Virus record (IMG/VR): IMGVR_UViG_3300033068_001557
Length of the DNA stretch: 64,000 nucleotides
Source of the DNA: an uncultured virus (IMG/VR IMGVR_UViG_3300033068_001557)
Lineage: Duplodnaviria > Heunggongvirae > Uroviricota > Caudoviricetes
Reading direction: 5' to 3' (one strand)
A program made the translations under genes and the position numbers. Positions 29,372 to 38,810 of the stretch are shown here, one piece after another. The notes beneath the pieces were generated by a model. That model did not search any database. It had not been told where the DNA came from and saw only the letters and a list, made by a program, of their open reading frames with translations. Positions within the stretch are counted from its first letter, which is position 1, and each line of letters begins with the position of its first letter.

Positions 29372-30709
29372 CTAGAATATCATATTTCTGAATCCTGTAA
29401 TAATTATATCTGCTCCTGCTTGATTCTCGTGGATATGATCGCCACAATTATAAGCTGCTGCAAGATTTCCGTTACCATCATCAAGCAAAGAAACATGATA
29501 GTTATTTCTCTTATCTACTCCCGTAAAAGTATTATCTATAATTGCGTTGTTTAATGCTACCCAATTACTTTGACCAGTTGCCATACCTAAATCAACAAAA
29601 CGCTGTTTACAAGGAAGCATACAGCTTATATAGACTTTAGCTCCTGCTTTTTTGGTAGCGTTTATTTGATTGATTAAATTTTGATAATTAGTCAATGTAG
29701 TAGCTGTTGCTGTATTCATATCGTTTAATCCAATCTGAACAATGATAATGTCGTAAGTTGACTTGTTGGAATCTGCATTCCATACTGCTAATTGTTGATT
29801 AATAGTATGCCCTGGAACAGCAAGATTTACAGCCTGCCATCCATCGGTAATTTCTGTAGGAGTAAATAATGTTTGAGCAATTGTTTGACTTCTGCATGAA
29901 TAAGCAGCTATTGTACTATCACCAATTAAAGCAACTTTTTTCAATGTTACCTCAGTTGGTGGCGGTTCATTTTTAAGAGCAATAATTTGCTCAGAATTTA
30001 AAATATAATTGTAAACCTTTAACTGTTGAATTTTCCCGACAAAACTAGATGAGCTTCCATTTCTTTGTCCGATGAATAAAATATTGTTTACAAAATTTCC
30101 AACATTAGTTGTGCTTCCAATAGGTTGCGTAACTGGCATTTCAACGCCTTCAATTATTATTTTACCTTGCGCTGATCCTGTTTTACTTCGATCAATCAAT
30201 AATACAATGTGCTTCCATGTATTGTTATGAGTTAAAGAGGTTCTTGATAAATTGTTTCCAGTTCCTCGCTGAAAAAGATCTAATCTATTTGCAATATTAC
30301 CGTTGTTTATAAACACTCCAAAAGCGTTATTGTTGCCTGAATTTATAGAAGTTTCACAAATTAAGGATTCTGTTACTTGAGAGGTGCTTAAAAAAAGTGA
30401 TATACTTACCTGATTTGAATTAATAGGCAGATTTACACTCGTTTTAATTGATTGTGAGCCGTTGAAAGTTGCACATAAATCAGTTCCGTTTTTACCTGTC
30501 GTGAAAGTTGGTAAGCCTCCTCCTGCAACCATTGGTATTCCTGAAGCAGATTGATCTATAAAATTACCATTAAAAGGTAAATCAAGAATTGGATTTGGCG
30601 GAAGATCCTGCTTTTTATAAAAAGTCACGCCATCTTTAGCCAAACCTTTAACTTCCTGACCATTTATACTTACACCTTTAAAAATTTTAGTATTAAATAT
30701 TGTTCCCAT
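29372..30709 (-). CDS. Tail-associated protein: LamG/ConA-like lectin plus SGNH/GDSL esterase
   Basis: LPFNGNFID...WKHIV...FIG...LKVYNYILN LamG pattern; IGDS, G-x-ND and DHIH catalytic blocks. Confidence 0.85.
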   Translation of the reverse strand: MGTIFNTKIFKGVSINGQEVKGLAKDGVTFYKKQDLPPNPILDLPFNGNFIDQSASGIPMVAGGGLPTFTTGKNGTDLCATFNGSQSIKTSVNLPINSNQVSISLFLSTSQVTESLICETSINSGNNNAFGVFINNGNIANRLDLFQRGTGNNLSRTSLTHNNTWKHIVLLIDRSKTGSAQGKIIIEGVEMPVTQPIGSTTNVGNFVNNILFIGQRNGSSSSFVGKIQQLKVYNYILNSEQIIALKNEPPPTEVTLKKVALIGDSTIAAYSCRSQTIAQTLFTPTEITDGWQAVNLAVPGHTINQQLAVWNADSNKSTYDIIIVQIGLNDMNTATATTLTNYQNLINQINATKKAGAKVYISCMLPCKQRFVDLGMATGQSNWVALNNAIIDNTFTGVDKRNNYHVSLLDDGNGNLAAAYNCGDHIHENQAGADIIITGFRNMIF

Positions 30710-30885
30710 TACACCCAGTAGTAAATATTATTAGGATTAGCAGTAGATAAAGTTATAGCTTCTGCTTGTGATGCTGCCTGTATGACTTGCGTAGTTTTAT
30801 TTTCTCCACCAGAAATCTTAACTAATTTACTAGCTACATTTGAAATACTACCTTTTCCTTGATTTTTTATTATGTACGTTACCAT
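30709..30885 (-). CDS. 58-aa putative tail-fibre accessory protein
   Basis: MVTYIIKNQGKG...SQAEAITLSTANPNNIYYWV*; exactly fills the gap and overlaps both neighbours by 1 nt. Confidence 0.6.
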   Translation of the reverse strand: MVTYIIKNQGKGSISNVASKLVKISGGENKTTQVIQAASQAEAITLSTANPNNIYYWV

Positions 30886-31601
30886 TATATTAATATTTTT
30901 TCGTTAAATAATTGTTCTCTTTCTACCTCATTTAATACTCTATTGTATATTGTGAAATCTTGAATCTTTGCATTTAAAGGAGAAAATTGAGCATTTCTCA
31001 TACCTATATTTAATACTTTATTTGTGAAATTCCCTGTAATAGTAGGATTAGATAATGACACTATATTATCAAGTATTAAATTATTGTAAATAAAAACTTT
31101 CTGATCAGTTAATGCTCTATCAAATATTATAATTATATGTTTCCATACCCCATCATTAATATGTGATATAGATTTATAAACTTCGCTTGGTCCATAATTT
31201 GAAGTCCCAGCAGCAATTAAATTAAATTTCTCATTAACTGGGTCATTATTGACTACACAAAAAGTATTATCACTGTTAAAATTAGGTCCCATTTCACAAA
31301 CTATTCCCGCAGAAATTTGTGTAGTTTTTATAAAAAAACTTATAGTTAATTTATCTGAATTTACAGGTAATACGTTAGGGGTAGTTATACATCCATTTGT
31401 AAATTCAGCACACAATGTTTTAGGAAACCTACCTTCTGAAAAATTTACAGTTCCAGCTTTAATACCATGCTGATGATTTATAGATTGGTCAAAAAAATTA
31501 CCATCAAATCCATATTTTAATATATAATCATTAGGAACAGGATTAATAATAAGTGCAGTAGATTGAGGTTTTTCAAAATCGTTTTGTCTTAATTTTTTCA
31601 T
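30885..31601 (-). CDS. LamG/ConA-like lectin domain protein
   Basis: YGFDGNFFDQS...DGVWKHI...IQDFTIYNRVLN; paralogous to the N-terminal half of 29372..30709. Confidence 0.8.
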   Translation of the reverse strand: MKKLRQNDFEKPQSTALIINPVPNDYILKYGFDGNFFDQSINHQHGIKAGTVNFSEGRFPKTLCAEFTNGCITTPNVLPVNSDKLTISFFIKTTQISAGIVCEMGPNFNSDNTFCVVNNDPVNEKFNLIAAGTSNYGPSEVYKSISHINDGVWKHIIIIFDRALTDQKVFIYNNLILDNIVSLSNPTITGNFTNKVLNIGMRNAQFSPLNAKIQDFTIYNRVLNEVEREQLFNEKILI

Positions 31602-32335
31602 GATAGTTCTCCTCTTAAAATTATATCGTTTGTATTATTAATCTTAACTATTGTAGCACTTCGATTAATTTCCAATTCCATTAATCCACTATTTCCAAAA
31701 AATGATATGCTAGATCCTATAAACATAGTATTATTAGCTAATGTAAAAATAGAACATTCAAAATCATCAGGAAGAGTATTATTAACAGTAATAGTAACAT
31801 TATCAGAGGTTACTATTAAAATCTTATTATTATGAGTACCATTTAAAGTAATGGAGCTTGAAATTAAAATTTGACCTTGTATAACATTGGCAACAAGTGG
31901 ACTTGCTGGAGTCCCTAAACCACTAAAGTTTATACTATTGGAGTTTTGAGTAGTTAATCCAGTAAAAGGAGATCCACTTGAAGTAGGATTATAATCAGTA
32001 AGCTGAAAATAATGAATTTCATTTTCTAGTACAGTTATATTTAAAGATTCTATATAATCTGTAATTAAATTATTTAAAATTTCTTCATCTTCAGAATCAC
32101 TAGCACCTATATCACTTAAGGTAAATGTATGAATTATATTTATATTTTCATGTTCATCTCCGCCACCACCACCTGTATTAAATAGTGAAAAAGGCATTTC
32201 ATACGTCTTTTTTTCTTTTTTATTTTGAACTAATACATGATAGTCATTAGTATTAATATCAGTTCCTAATCTAAATAAACCTTTATTAGATGTATTATTA
32301 ATTTGTTTTAAACCTTTAGCTTTACCGTTTTTCAT
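31598..32335 (-). CDS. Putative tail fibre-associated protein
   Basis: beta-rich C-terminus ending IILRGELS; tail gene context. Confidence 0.5.
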   Translation of the reverse strand: MKNGKAKGLKQINNTSNKGLFRLGTDINTNDYHVLVQNKKEKKTYEMPFSLFNTGGGGGDEHENINIIHTFTLSDIGASDSEDEEILNNLITDYIESLNITVLENEIHYFQLTDYNPTSSGSPFTGLTTQNSNSINFSGLGTPASPLVANVIQGQILISSSITLNGTHNNKILIVTSDNVTITVNNTLPDDFECSIFTLANNTMFIGSSISFFGNSGLMELEINRSATIVKINNTNDIILRGELS

Positions 32336-32520
32336 TATTGTGTATTTGTTTCAATTAAAGTTAATATACTTATTTGTTGAGTTAGTAAAGTTATTACTTG
32401 TTTAAGTAATTCATTTTGTTCTTTCAATCTTCTATTTATGTCTTTTTGAACATCAAGCTCACTATTACCTCTGTAACCTTGAGAACCTAATCCTCTTCCT
32501 GGTTTGTTATCTACTGGCAT
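32335..32520 (-). CDS. Hypothetical protein
   Basis: 61-aa ORF coupled to the next gene, preceded by a promoter-like motif. Confidence 0.6.
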   Translation of the reverse strand: MPVDNKPGRGLGSQGYRGNSELDVQKDINRRLKEQNELLKQVITLLTQQISILTLIETNTQ

Positions 32521-32594
32521 TTGCTTTAAATTTAAATGTAAAGATAATAATTATTTTTAACAATAATTACTTTATTTTTCTATTATGATGTTTT

Positions 32595-32906
32595 TTATTC
32601 ATCTATACAACTTTCTAAAAAACTAATATCTAAGCAACATTGTTTGCAATTATCTTTTAATTTTTCTACTAAATTATTAATTTGTATAATTGTTAAACAA
32701 TATGTATTTTTAGTTTCACAAGTATCATCTAAAATTACTTGTCTTTTTAATGTTCTTAAAATAAGAATTGACATGTTAATTTTAGAAGAAAGTTTGTTTA
32801 TACATTTTTCTTCTTCACCAATAGATTCCATTTTATCTAAATCTAATCCTAGATTAGCTAAACAACATTGAAATTTATAAAGGATGTCTATGTATTGCTG
32901 TTGCAT
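32595..32906 (-). CDS. Cys-rich hypothetical virion protein
   Basis: Operon position, coupled to the tail fibre gene. Confidence 0.55.
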   Translation of the reverse strand: MQQQYIDILYKFQCCLANLGLDLDKMESIGEEEKCINKLSSKINMSILILRTLKRQVILDDTCETKNTYCLTIIQINNLVEKLKDNCKQCCLDISFLESCIDE

Positions 32907-34045
32907 TAAGCTATTTTTTGAATTATGATTGCAGTACTATAACTATTTCTTGTGTTTAATGAAATTGCATCAGGAGTTGTTTTTAATTCTCCTAAATCTC
33001 CATAATTATTTACACCATCTCCTGTATTTGCAATATTTATAAATATTCCATTATCACCATCTCTTTGAGAACTACCTCTTTCTCCATCAGGATGAGAAGC
33101 ATCTAAATTACCAGCTCCTAATTCAGAAGTATGTCTTGCAGTTAAAGAAGATAAAGTATTTGAATGTTCAGTATAAGCATATACATATTTATGTCTATGT
33201 GGAGGTATATTCTCTTTACTTAAAGTAAAAGAAAGACTATCAGAACCGCCTTCTTTACCTGCTAAAGTTAATCTATCATAATCAACATTTAAATGGTCAT
33301 ATCCTCTTAAAGATCTTCCACTCCAAGCATCAGTTCCATTATTACCATTACAAATAGCCCATTTAGAATATCTACCTGGTTTACCAATACCTGCTGTAAA
33401 TACATTTGTAAAATTAAAATCACTTAAACTATTATCAGATATAATAATTTTATCTCCAATTTTAAAAGCTAAATCCCAATAATCATCAGAAGTTAATAAA
33501 AATTGTAATTGAGTTAATACAGTATCTTGAATTGTTTGTTGAGAAATTACTGCTTTTACTGTTACTTTTATAGTGGCAGTAGAAGTATTTACTCCATCAT
33601 TAATAGTATAGTCAAAATCTTCTACTCCTACAAAAGTTGGGTTAGATATATATTTAATTGTTTTATTGTCAGGTTCTACAGTTGCTGTTCCATTAGAAGG
33701 TGCTACAGCAATAGTTACTGTTACATCAGGATAATAAATATCATTATCAATTACTTGAATATAAACTGTAGTTCCTTGGTCTATTGTTCTATAATCATTT
33801 ACAGCTACAGGATTTGCATTTACTCTTTGATACATTTCACAAACAGTATCTATAAAATCTTGAGTTATTACTCCATTATCTTCTGTATCTGAAATTATAC
33901 CTTCTGTTACCCAACAGGATAAATCAAATTCATTCCAATCTAATACTCCATTAGTTCCATTAGTACCAGGAACACCTTGTATTCCTTGTTCTCCTTGAGG
34001 ACCTTGTGAAGTAGTTATTAATTTTTCTGAACAATTATCACACAT
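32906..34045 (-). CDS. Tail fibre protein (collagen-like repeat, Ig/cadherin-like domain, tail-collar-like C-terminus)
   Basis: GPQGEQGIQGVPGTNG; NPVAVND...FDYTINDG; WAICNGNNGT...TLSKENIPPHRH. Confidence 0.75.
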   Translation of the reverse strand: MCDNCSEKLITTSQGPQGEQGIQGVPGTNGTNGVLDWNEFDLSCWVTEGIISDTEDNGVITQDFIDTVCEMYQRVNANPVAVNDYRTIDQGTTVYIQVIDNDIYYPDVTVTIAVAPSNGTATVEPDNKTIKYISNPTFVGVEDFDYTINDGVNTSTATIKVTVKAVISQQTIQDTVLTQLQFLLTSDDYWDLAFKIGDKIIISDNSLSDFNFTNVFTAGIGKPGRYSKWAICNGNNGTDAWSGRSLRGYDHLNVDYDRLTLAGKEGGSDSLSFTLSKENIPPHRHKYVYAYTEHSNTLSSLTARHTSELGAGNLDASHPDGERGSSQRDGDNGIFINIANTGDGVNNYGDLGELKTTPDAISLNTRNSYSTAIIIQKIA

Positions 34046-34069
34046 TTGTTTTTATATTTAAAATGTTAA

Positions 34070-34591
34070 TTAACATGATTTACAGTTATAATCTGTTAAC
34101 ATGTTGTTTATATAATTATATAGTTCCCAAACTTTTGATTTTGAAGAACATGTGATAGCATAACAAAGTAATTCAGATTTTAGAGCAAGGTCTAAAATAT
34201 CTTTTTCTTCTTTTTCTCCACAACTATCACAAGGAGATTGTTCAATATAATCTGCTATTAGATTATCTAATTTACATTCAATATTACATTTATTAAAAAC
34301 TTCAGAATATAATTTTACTGAAGTTGGATTTAAACCAGGTGTTGTATATATTATATTTATTTGATAAAAACCATCTTGTATTTTAGTATCATTTATATTA
34401 AATACTGTTGGTAATACTTCAAATTCATTCATATAACCATTAGCATCATAAATTGTATATAATGTGTTTTTATATTTAATTGTAACTTTTGTATGAGTTA
34501 CAACAGAAGAAGGAATATTATTTCCCCAATTATAATTGTCTTGAATGTTTATTTTAGAACATCCTATTACTTTTGTACAAATATTATTCAT
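34070..34591 (-). CDS. Putative tail hub / structural protein
   Basis: IQDGFYQINI motif, Cys-rich C-terminus, position after the auxiliary capsid gene. Confidence 0.5.
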   Translation of the reverse strand: MNNICTKVIGCSKINIQDNYNWGNNIPSSVVTHTKVTIKYKNTLYTIYDANGYMNEFEVLPTVFNINDTKIQDGFYQINIIYTTPGLNPTSVKLYSEVFNKCNIECKLDNLIADYIEQSPCDSCGEKEEKDILDLALKSELLCYAITCSSKSKVWELYNYINNMLTDYNCKSC

Positions 34592-34610
34592 TGATTAAAA
34601 ATTGAATTAT

Positions 34611-35141
34611 TTATGGTAAATTTAAATCATGTGATATTATATCTATTGTTACTTTTGCTTTTTGTGAAACTCCACAACTATCTGTAATTCTAAACATAAA
34701 TTCTTCTTCTACATCTATATTATTTAATATAGTAAGGTCTGAAGGTTTAGTTAATTTAACAATTGGATAAGAATAATAAGGTATATTAATTAATTCTACT
34801 TCTCTATTTCCTGATAAAGAGTTAAAAATATCAGGGTCAGTTGTAATTAACTCAATAGAAACAGGTTCATATCTATTAAAAACACAGTTTTGTAATATAT
34901 CTATATATTGATATGATAATCCATTATCTTTAAATTTTGTTAATGTTTCAACTGCTATTGGAGTTTTACATTCATCACAACAAGGAATAATTAAATCACC
35001 ATTATCTATTAAATCTTGAACCCATTTACCAAGTTCAATATGTTTTTCTAAATTTAAATCACGTGGTTTTTTCTTATTACCATTTACTAATACTTTAGTA
35101 TCTAAATATAACTTACGTGGAAATTCTTTATTTAATTTCAT
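34611..35141 (-). CDS. Hypothetical structural protein
   Basis: Likely start ATG at 35141 (MKLNKEF); the track's 35201 start runs through a terminator. Confidence 0.6.
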   Translation of the reverse strand: MKLNKEFPRKLYLDTKVLVNGNKKKPRDLNLEKHIELGKWVQDLIDNGDLIIPCCDECKTPIAVETLTKFKDNGLSYQYIDILQNCVFNRYEPVSIELITTDPDIFNSLSGNREVELINIPYYSYPIVKLTKPSDLTILNNIDVEEEFMFRITDSCGVSQKAKVTIDIISHDLNLP

Positions 35142-35157
35142 TATTATTTTGTTTAAG

Positions 35158-35193
35158 AAAAAAGAAAGAGGAAAGAATTTACTCTTTCCTCTC
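35158..35193 (-). terminator. Intrinsic terminator after the auxiliary capsid gene
   Basis: GAGGAAAGA/TCTTTCCTC stem followed on the minus strand by a T-rich tract. Confidence 0.7.
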
Positions 35194-35209
35194 ACCAACA
35201 ATTATTTGT

Positions 35210-36901
35210 TTATATAAAGAAAGAAGAAGCTGCTGGAACAGAAGTTTCTAAACCTCCTAATGCTTTAACAGAATTTAACCACTGACCTAAATAGGTATTC
35301 AAACCTGATTTAACAGTAGCATCTGTTACTTTAGCTGCTGAAGTAGTTACTGCAAAAGTACCTGCACCTGTAGCAGGTGTGTAAGCAAAAGCTCCATTTT
35401 TAGGACCTGCTGTAGTAGCAGTAAAAATTACATTAGCACCTGAACCACTAACTGTCCATCCTGCATAAGTAGCTGCTCTTAAAGTTGTAGCAGTAGTAGT
35501 TGTACTACCTGCTGTATCATCTGTCAAAGCAACTGTAAAATCAACACCATTTAAGGTTACAGTAGCATTAGCTGCTGAAGTTGATTTAGTAGCTACAGTA
35601 AGAGTTCTTACTTCAGGCTGTTCTGTTACTGGAACTAAGATAATCAAACGATGAAAATATTCACTATCGTGAGAATATGCTACTTGATACTCATCTTTAT
35701 GCTCGATGATATATGCAGTATAGTCTTTAGTTTGGTCAATATAAGTAGGTGGTTGTAAGAAGTATTCACCATACATTCTATTTTGTTGAGTAAAGATATT
35801 CAGTCTTGCTCTTTTATCAAATTCCAATTGCCATACTCTTGCTTTACCTTCACCTTCATAAGGTTTAGACAAATTAACTTTAGTAGTGCTTGTTCCACTA
35901 TTAAAACCATATTCAAGACCTACATTCATACGAACTTTTACTTGAGCAATCTCATCTCTTGCAGCAGCTAATTTATGGTCTAAAGCAACCAACAAAATAC
36001 CTTGTGCAACATCAGCAGCACCTGCTGTTGACAAATCAACTAATTCAATAGTTGTGTCAGCATCTATACCATAAGAGCTACCATTAGCAATAATATTAGT
36101 AATAGTTTGAACAAAATCAGCATTTGGAATAAAGTTAACATTGCTACCATTACTTACAATTGCAGGGAATCCTACTCCTGCTGTAATATTACCCAATTTA
36201 GTACCACTTCCACCTGTAAAATTAATAGCAAAAGCTACAAAGTTTTTATTACCTCTTTTTACAAATGGCATGTTATAACGCAAAGCAAAACTATTTAGGT
36301 TTGCACTATATACTAAATTTTGCACCAAATGGTCTAACGGTTCTGCTGTAGCCAAAGTAGTATAATCTGGAGTAGAATAACTTACAGTAAAATTTTCATT
36401 ACCTTGTACAGAGAAATCTCTATCATTTCTTTTAGATAAAAATTGCAGATGCAGTTTATAATCACTATCACCTACTGCTGAAATAGTACCTGCGCCATCA
36501 GCACCAATAACCCAAGCATCATTTGAACTTGCTTTAGCTACTTTAGCTGTAAACATAATACCGTTTTTAGCTTTGATTTTCATTGATTTCACAAGTTCTT
36601 TGTCCCCATAAGGAAGATTAGAAACTGTTGAAATATCAGAAGATTTAGGAGTTCCTTGAACAATTCTGATTTCATCTACTTTTACAGCATCATCTGTAGT
36701 ATCAAGATACTCATTAAATGCTCTTGTTGAACTGTTGTGAGTATCACATACAATTCCTAATTGACCATCTAAAATGTTTGTTACAAATGTAGACGGATCA
36801 AAAACATTTTCTGTTGCATTAGCTGCGTTTGCTACTGCTACACCTGCTTTTGCTACTAAAATTGTTTCACTTTTTGGTTTTCCTGAAAATTGTGTTTTCA
36901 T
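35210..36901 (-). CDS. Putative auxiliary capsid/head protein (crAss001 gp36-like)
   Basis: 563 aa, Ala/Thr-rich with an Ig-like insert; codon usage resembles the capsid gene; synteny. Confidence 0.55.
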   Translation of the reverse strand: MKTQFSGKPKSETILVAKAGVAVANAANATENVFDPSTFVTNILDGQLGIVCDTHNSSTRAFNEYLDTTDDAVKVDEIRIVQGTPKSSDISTVSNLPYGDKELVKSMKIKAKNGIMFTAKVAKASSNDAWVIGADGAGTISAVGDSDYKLHLQFLSKRNDRDFSVQGNENFTVSYSTPDYTTLATAEPLDHLVQNLVYSANLNSFALRYNMPFVKRGNKNFVAFAINFTGGSGTKLGNITAGVGFPAIVSNGSNVNFIPNADFVQTITNIIANGSSYGIDADTTIELVDLSTAGAADVAQGILLVALDHKLAAARDEIAQVKVRMNVGLEYGFNSGTSTTKVNLSKPYEGEGKARVWQLEFDKRARLNIFTQQNRMYGEYFLQPPTYIDQTKDYTAYIIEHKDEYQVAYSHDSEYFHRLIILVPVTEQPEVRTLTVATKSTSAANATVTLNGVDFTVALTDDTAGSTTTTATTLRAATYAGWTVSGSGANVIFTATTAGPKNGAFAYTPATGAGTFAVTTSAAKVTDATVKSGLNTYLGQWLNSVKALGGLETSVPAASSFFI

Positions 36902-36915
36902 TAATTTACTTTAAT

Positions 36916-37653
36916 TTAGTTGTTTATTAACTGTTTTTGAGATGCAAGTTGAAATCTATTTGTATCTTCTGTTATTCTTGAAAACTCTTGAACAGCAATA
37001 TCTATTATTTGTGTGTGAAAAGATTCAGGTAAATCACACTCTACCTTTGTTTTTAAGTTATTATTAATATCCCTATATCCTCCAATTGATACAACATTTG
37101 GCTTTTTATAATATTCAGGATAAATTCCATCTATTTCAAAATTGTCTGTATAAATATATATGGAACTTTCAATGTTTGGTTGAGATGATTTTCCAAAAGT
37201 ACCTAGTAATCTTTTAAATTTACCTTTTGAAGGTTTTCTAAAAGGATCAGTAATTATGAAGTTAATATCATCATGTTCTACTAATTCTACTTTTACTTTT
37301 TCATTACAATTTTTTATTTTACCATATACCCTCATTATATGTAAATAAGGGTGAATTAAACCTTTTGTAGTGGATAATGGAAATTCATAGATTCCATCGC
37401 TATTAATAGTTGTTGTAACTATTGGTTGATATGGATGCTGAATAAGTAAAGAAGAAAGATTATCTGTTTTTTGTTGAATAACTTCAGCTCCTACTTTTTT
37501 TGCATTATTACCACTATACTGTTGTTCTGTCCATATTTTTATAGCATCATTTAAAATCTCGTCAATTTCAGCAGGATTTAAATCCTTTTTATGTTGACTG
37601 TTGATTTTATTAACTCTTAATTTAAAGTTATAGTGCCATAATTCTATTATCAT
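36916..37653 (-). CDS. Tail ring protein
   Basis: NKINSQ...PAEIDEILNDA and YYKKP...CDLPESFHTQIIDIAV motifs. Confidence 0.7.
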   Translation of the reverse strand: MIIELWHYNFKLRVNKINSQHKKDLNPAEIDEILNDAIKIWTEQQYSGNNAKKVGAEVIQQKTDNLSSLLIQHPYQPIVTTTINSDGIYEFPLSTTKGLIHPYLHIMRVYGKIKNCNEKVKVELVEHDDINFIITDPFRKPSKGKFKRLLGTFGKSSQPNIESSIYIYTDNFEIDGIYPEYYKKPNVVSIGGYRDINNNLKTKVECDLPESFHTQIIDIAVQEFSRITEDTNRFQLASQKQLINN

Positions 37654-38659
37654 CTACTTTAGCTTTTAATTCTGCTTCTAATTCTTCTCTATAATTTCTA
37701 TTGTCAATATCTAACAACCAAGCTAATGCTTCTTGATAACTTCTTCCTAACAGTTCAAGATTTGTTCCTTTTTTAGCAGACCAAATATATTTTCCTTGAT
37801 AATCAGAAATTACTCTATTGTTAATTGCATACTGCAATAAAAACTTTGCTTCAAAGACTTCCATTCCTTTAGCATCTTTTAATTGATTTGCTAAGTTATT
37901 AAATTTCTCAATTTTTTCAAATTGCTTACTATTTTGAGTTTTAATGTAATCAGATAATGCATTTTTAATTTTTTCAATATTTACATCACCTTTAATTACT
38001 TCAAGAATAATAGCAAATTTTCTAATTACTGATTCAGACTGTTCTTTTTTCAATTTAACTAATGTATAAACAGCATCTTCAACAATTTCATTTTTCTTAG
38101 CTACTTTAACATCATCTTCATTAACTTGAGAAATATAAACTCTTGAAAAAGGAGTTAATTCATTTTCTGAATTAGCACATTTATCAGGATGTGATTGAAG
38201 TAACAAATAATAAGTTAATTCGTCTTCTACTGAATCTAAATCTAAAACAGTTGTTTCATAAAAAGATTTCATAAACCTTTGAAGATAAGTTAAACCTTTA
38301 CCTGTTTTATTATCAAATAATGGTCTGCTTTCACTGGTTAGAAAACCAGCAGGTTTATTCATTTTAATTTCAAAGTACTCTTGTTTAGAAATTTTTGGCT
38401 TATCTTCAATTTTTGAATTTCTCCATTCAGAAGGAATGCTGTCTGATAATTTATAAAATGGATTTTCTACCATTTTATCTAAACCTGTATTTAATCTTCC
38501 TGATTTGTTTGTAGATATAGAAAAATGAAATCCACCACTTTTGTTTTGTCCTATTGCTTTTGGAAGGTCTATATTGGATTTAACTCCATTTCTTGTGATA
38601 TAACCTTGTCTTTTTTGTGCAGATGGTCTGCTTACTAATTTTACAAATACTTTTGACAT
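37628..38659 (-). CDS. Conserved crAss-like protein downstream of the capsid gene (gene 75-like)
   Basis: Synteny; LNTGLD, VLDLDS.EDEL.Y and LGRSYQEALAWL motifs. Confidence 0.6.
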   Translation of the reverse strand: MSKVFVKLVSRPSAQKRQGYITRNGVKSNIDLPKAIGQNKSGGFHFSISTNKSGRLNTGLDKMVENPFYKLSDSIPSEWRNSKIEDKPKISKQEYFEIKMNKPAGFLTSESRPLFDNKTGKGLTYLQRFMKSFYETTVLDLDSVEDELTYYLLLQSHPDKCANSENELTPFSRVYISQVNEDDVKVAKKNEIVEDAVYTLVKLKKEQSESVIRKFAIILEVIKGDVNIEKIKNALSDYIKTQNSKQFEKIEKFNNLANQLKDAKGMEVFEAKFLLQYAINNRVISDYQGKYIWSAKKGTNLELLGRSYQEALAWLLDIDNRNYREELEAELKAKVDDNRIMAL

Positions 38660-38740
38660 TTTGTTTGATTTAATGAATATGGCATAGGATTATTCGCTTC
38701 TTTCAGCCACATCAAGTTATTTTTTATTTCTTATTTATTT

Positions 38741-38783
38741 AAGGTAATGTAGGTGCAGTACCACTCCCTGCACCTACTACCTT
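38741..38783 (-). terminator. Strong hairpin after the major capsid gene (terminator or mRNA stabiliser)
   Basis: GTAGGTGCAG/CTGCACCTAC 10-bp stem extended by AAGGTA/TACCTT; weak U tract. Confidence 0.55.
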
Positions 38784-38810
38784 ATATTTAATCATTATAA
38801 GGAGTTAACC

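Noticed and set aside
29372..34045. Diversity-generating retroelement or invertible tail-fibre switch
   Set aside because: No reverse transcriptase, recombinase or near-identical TR/VR repeat pair was seen; the two LamG copies are too diverged
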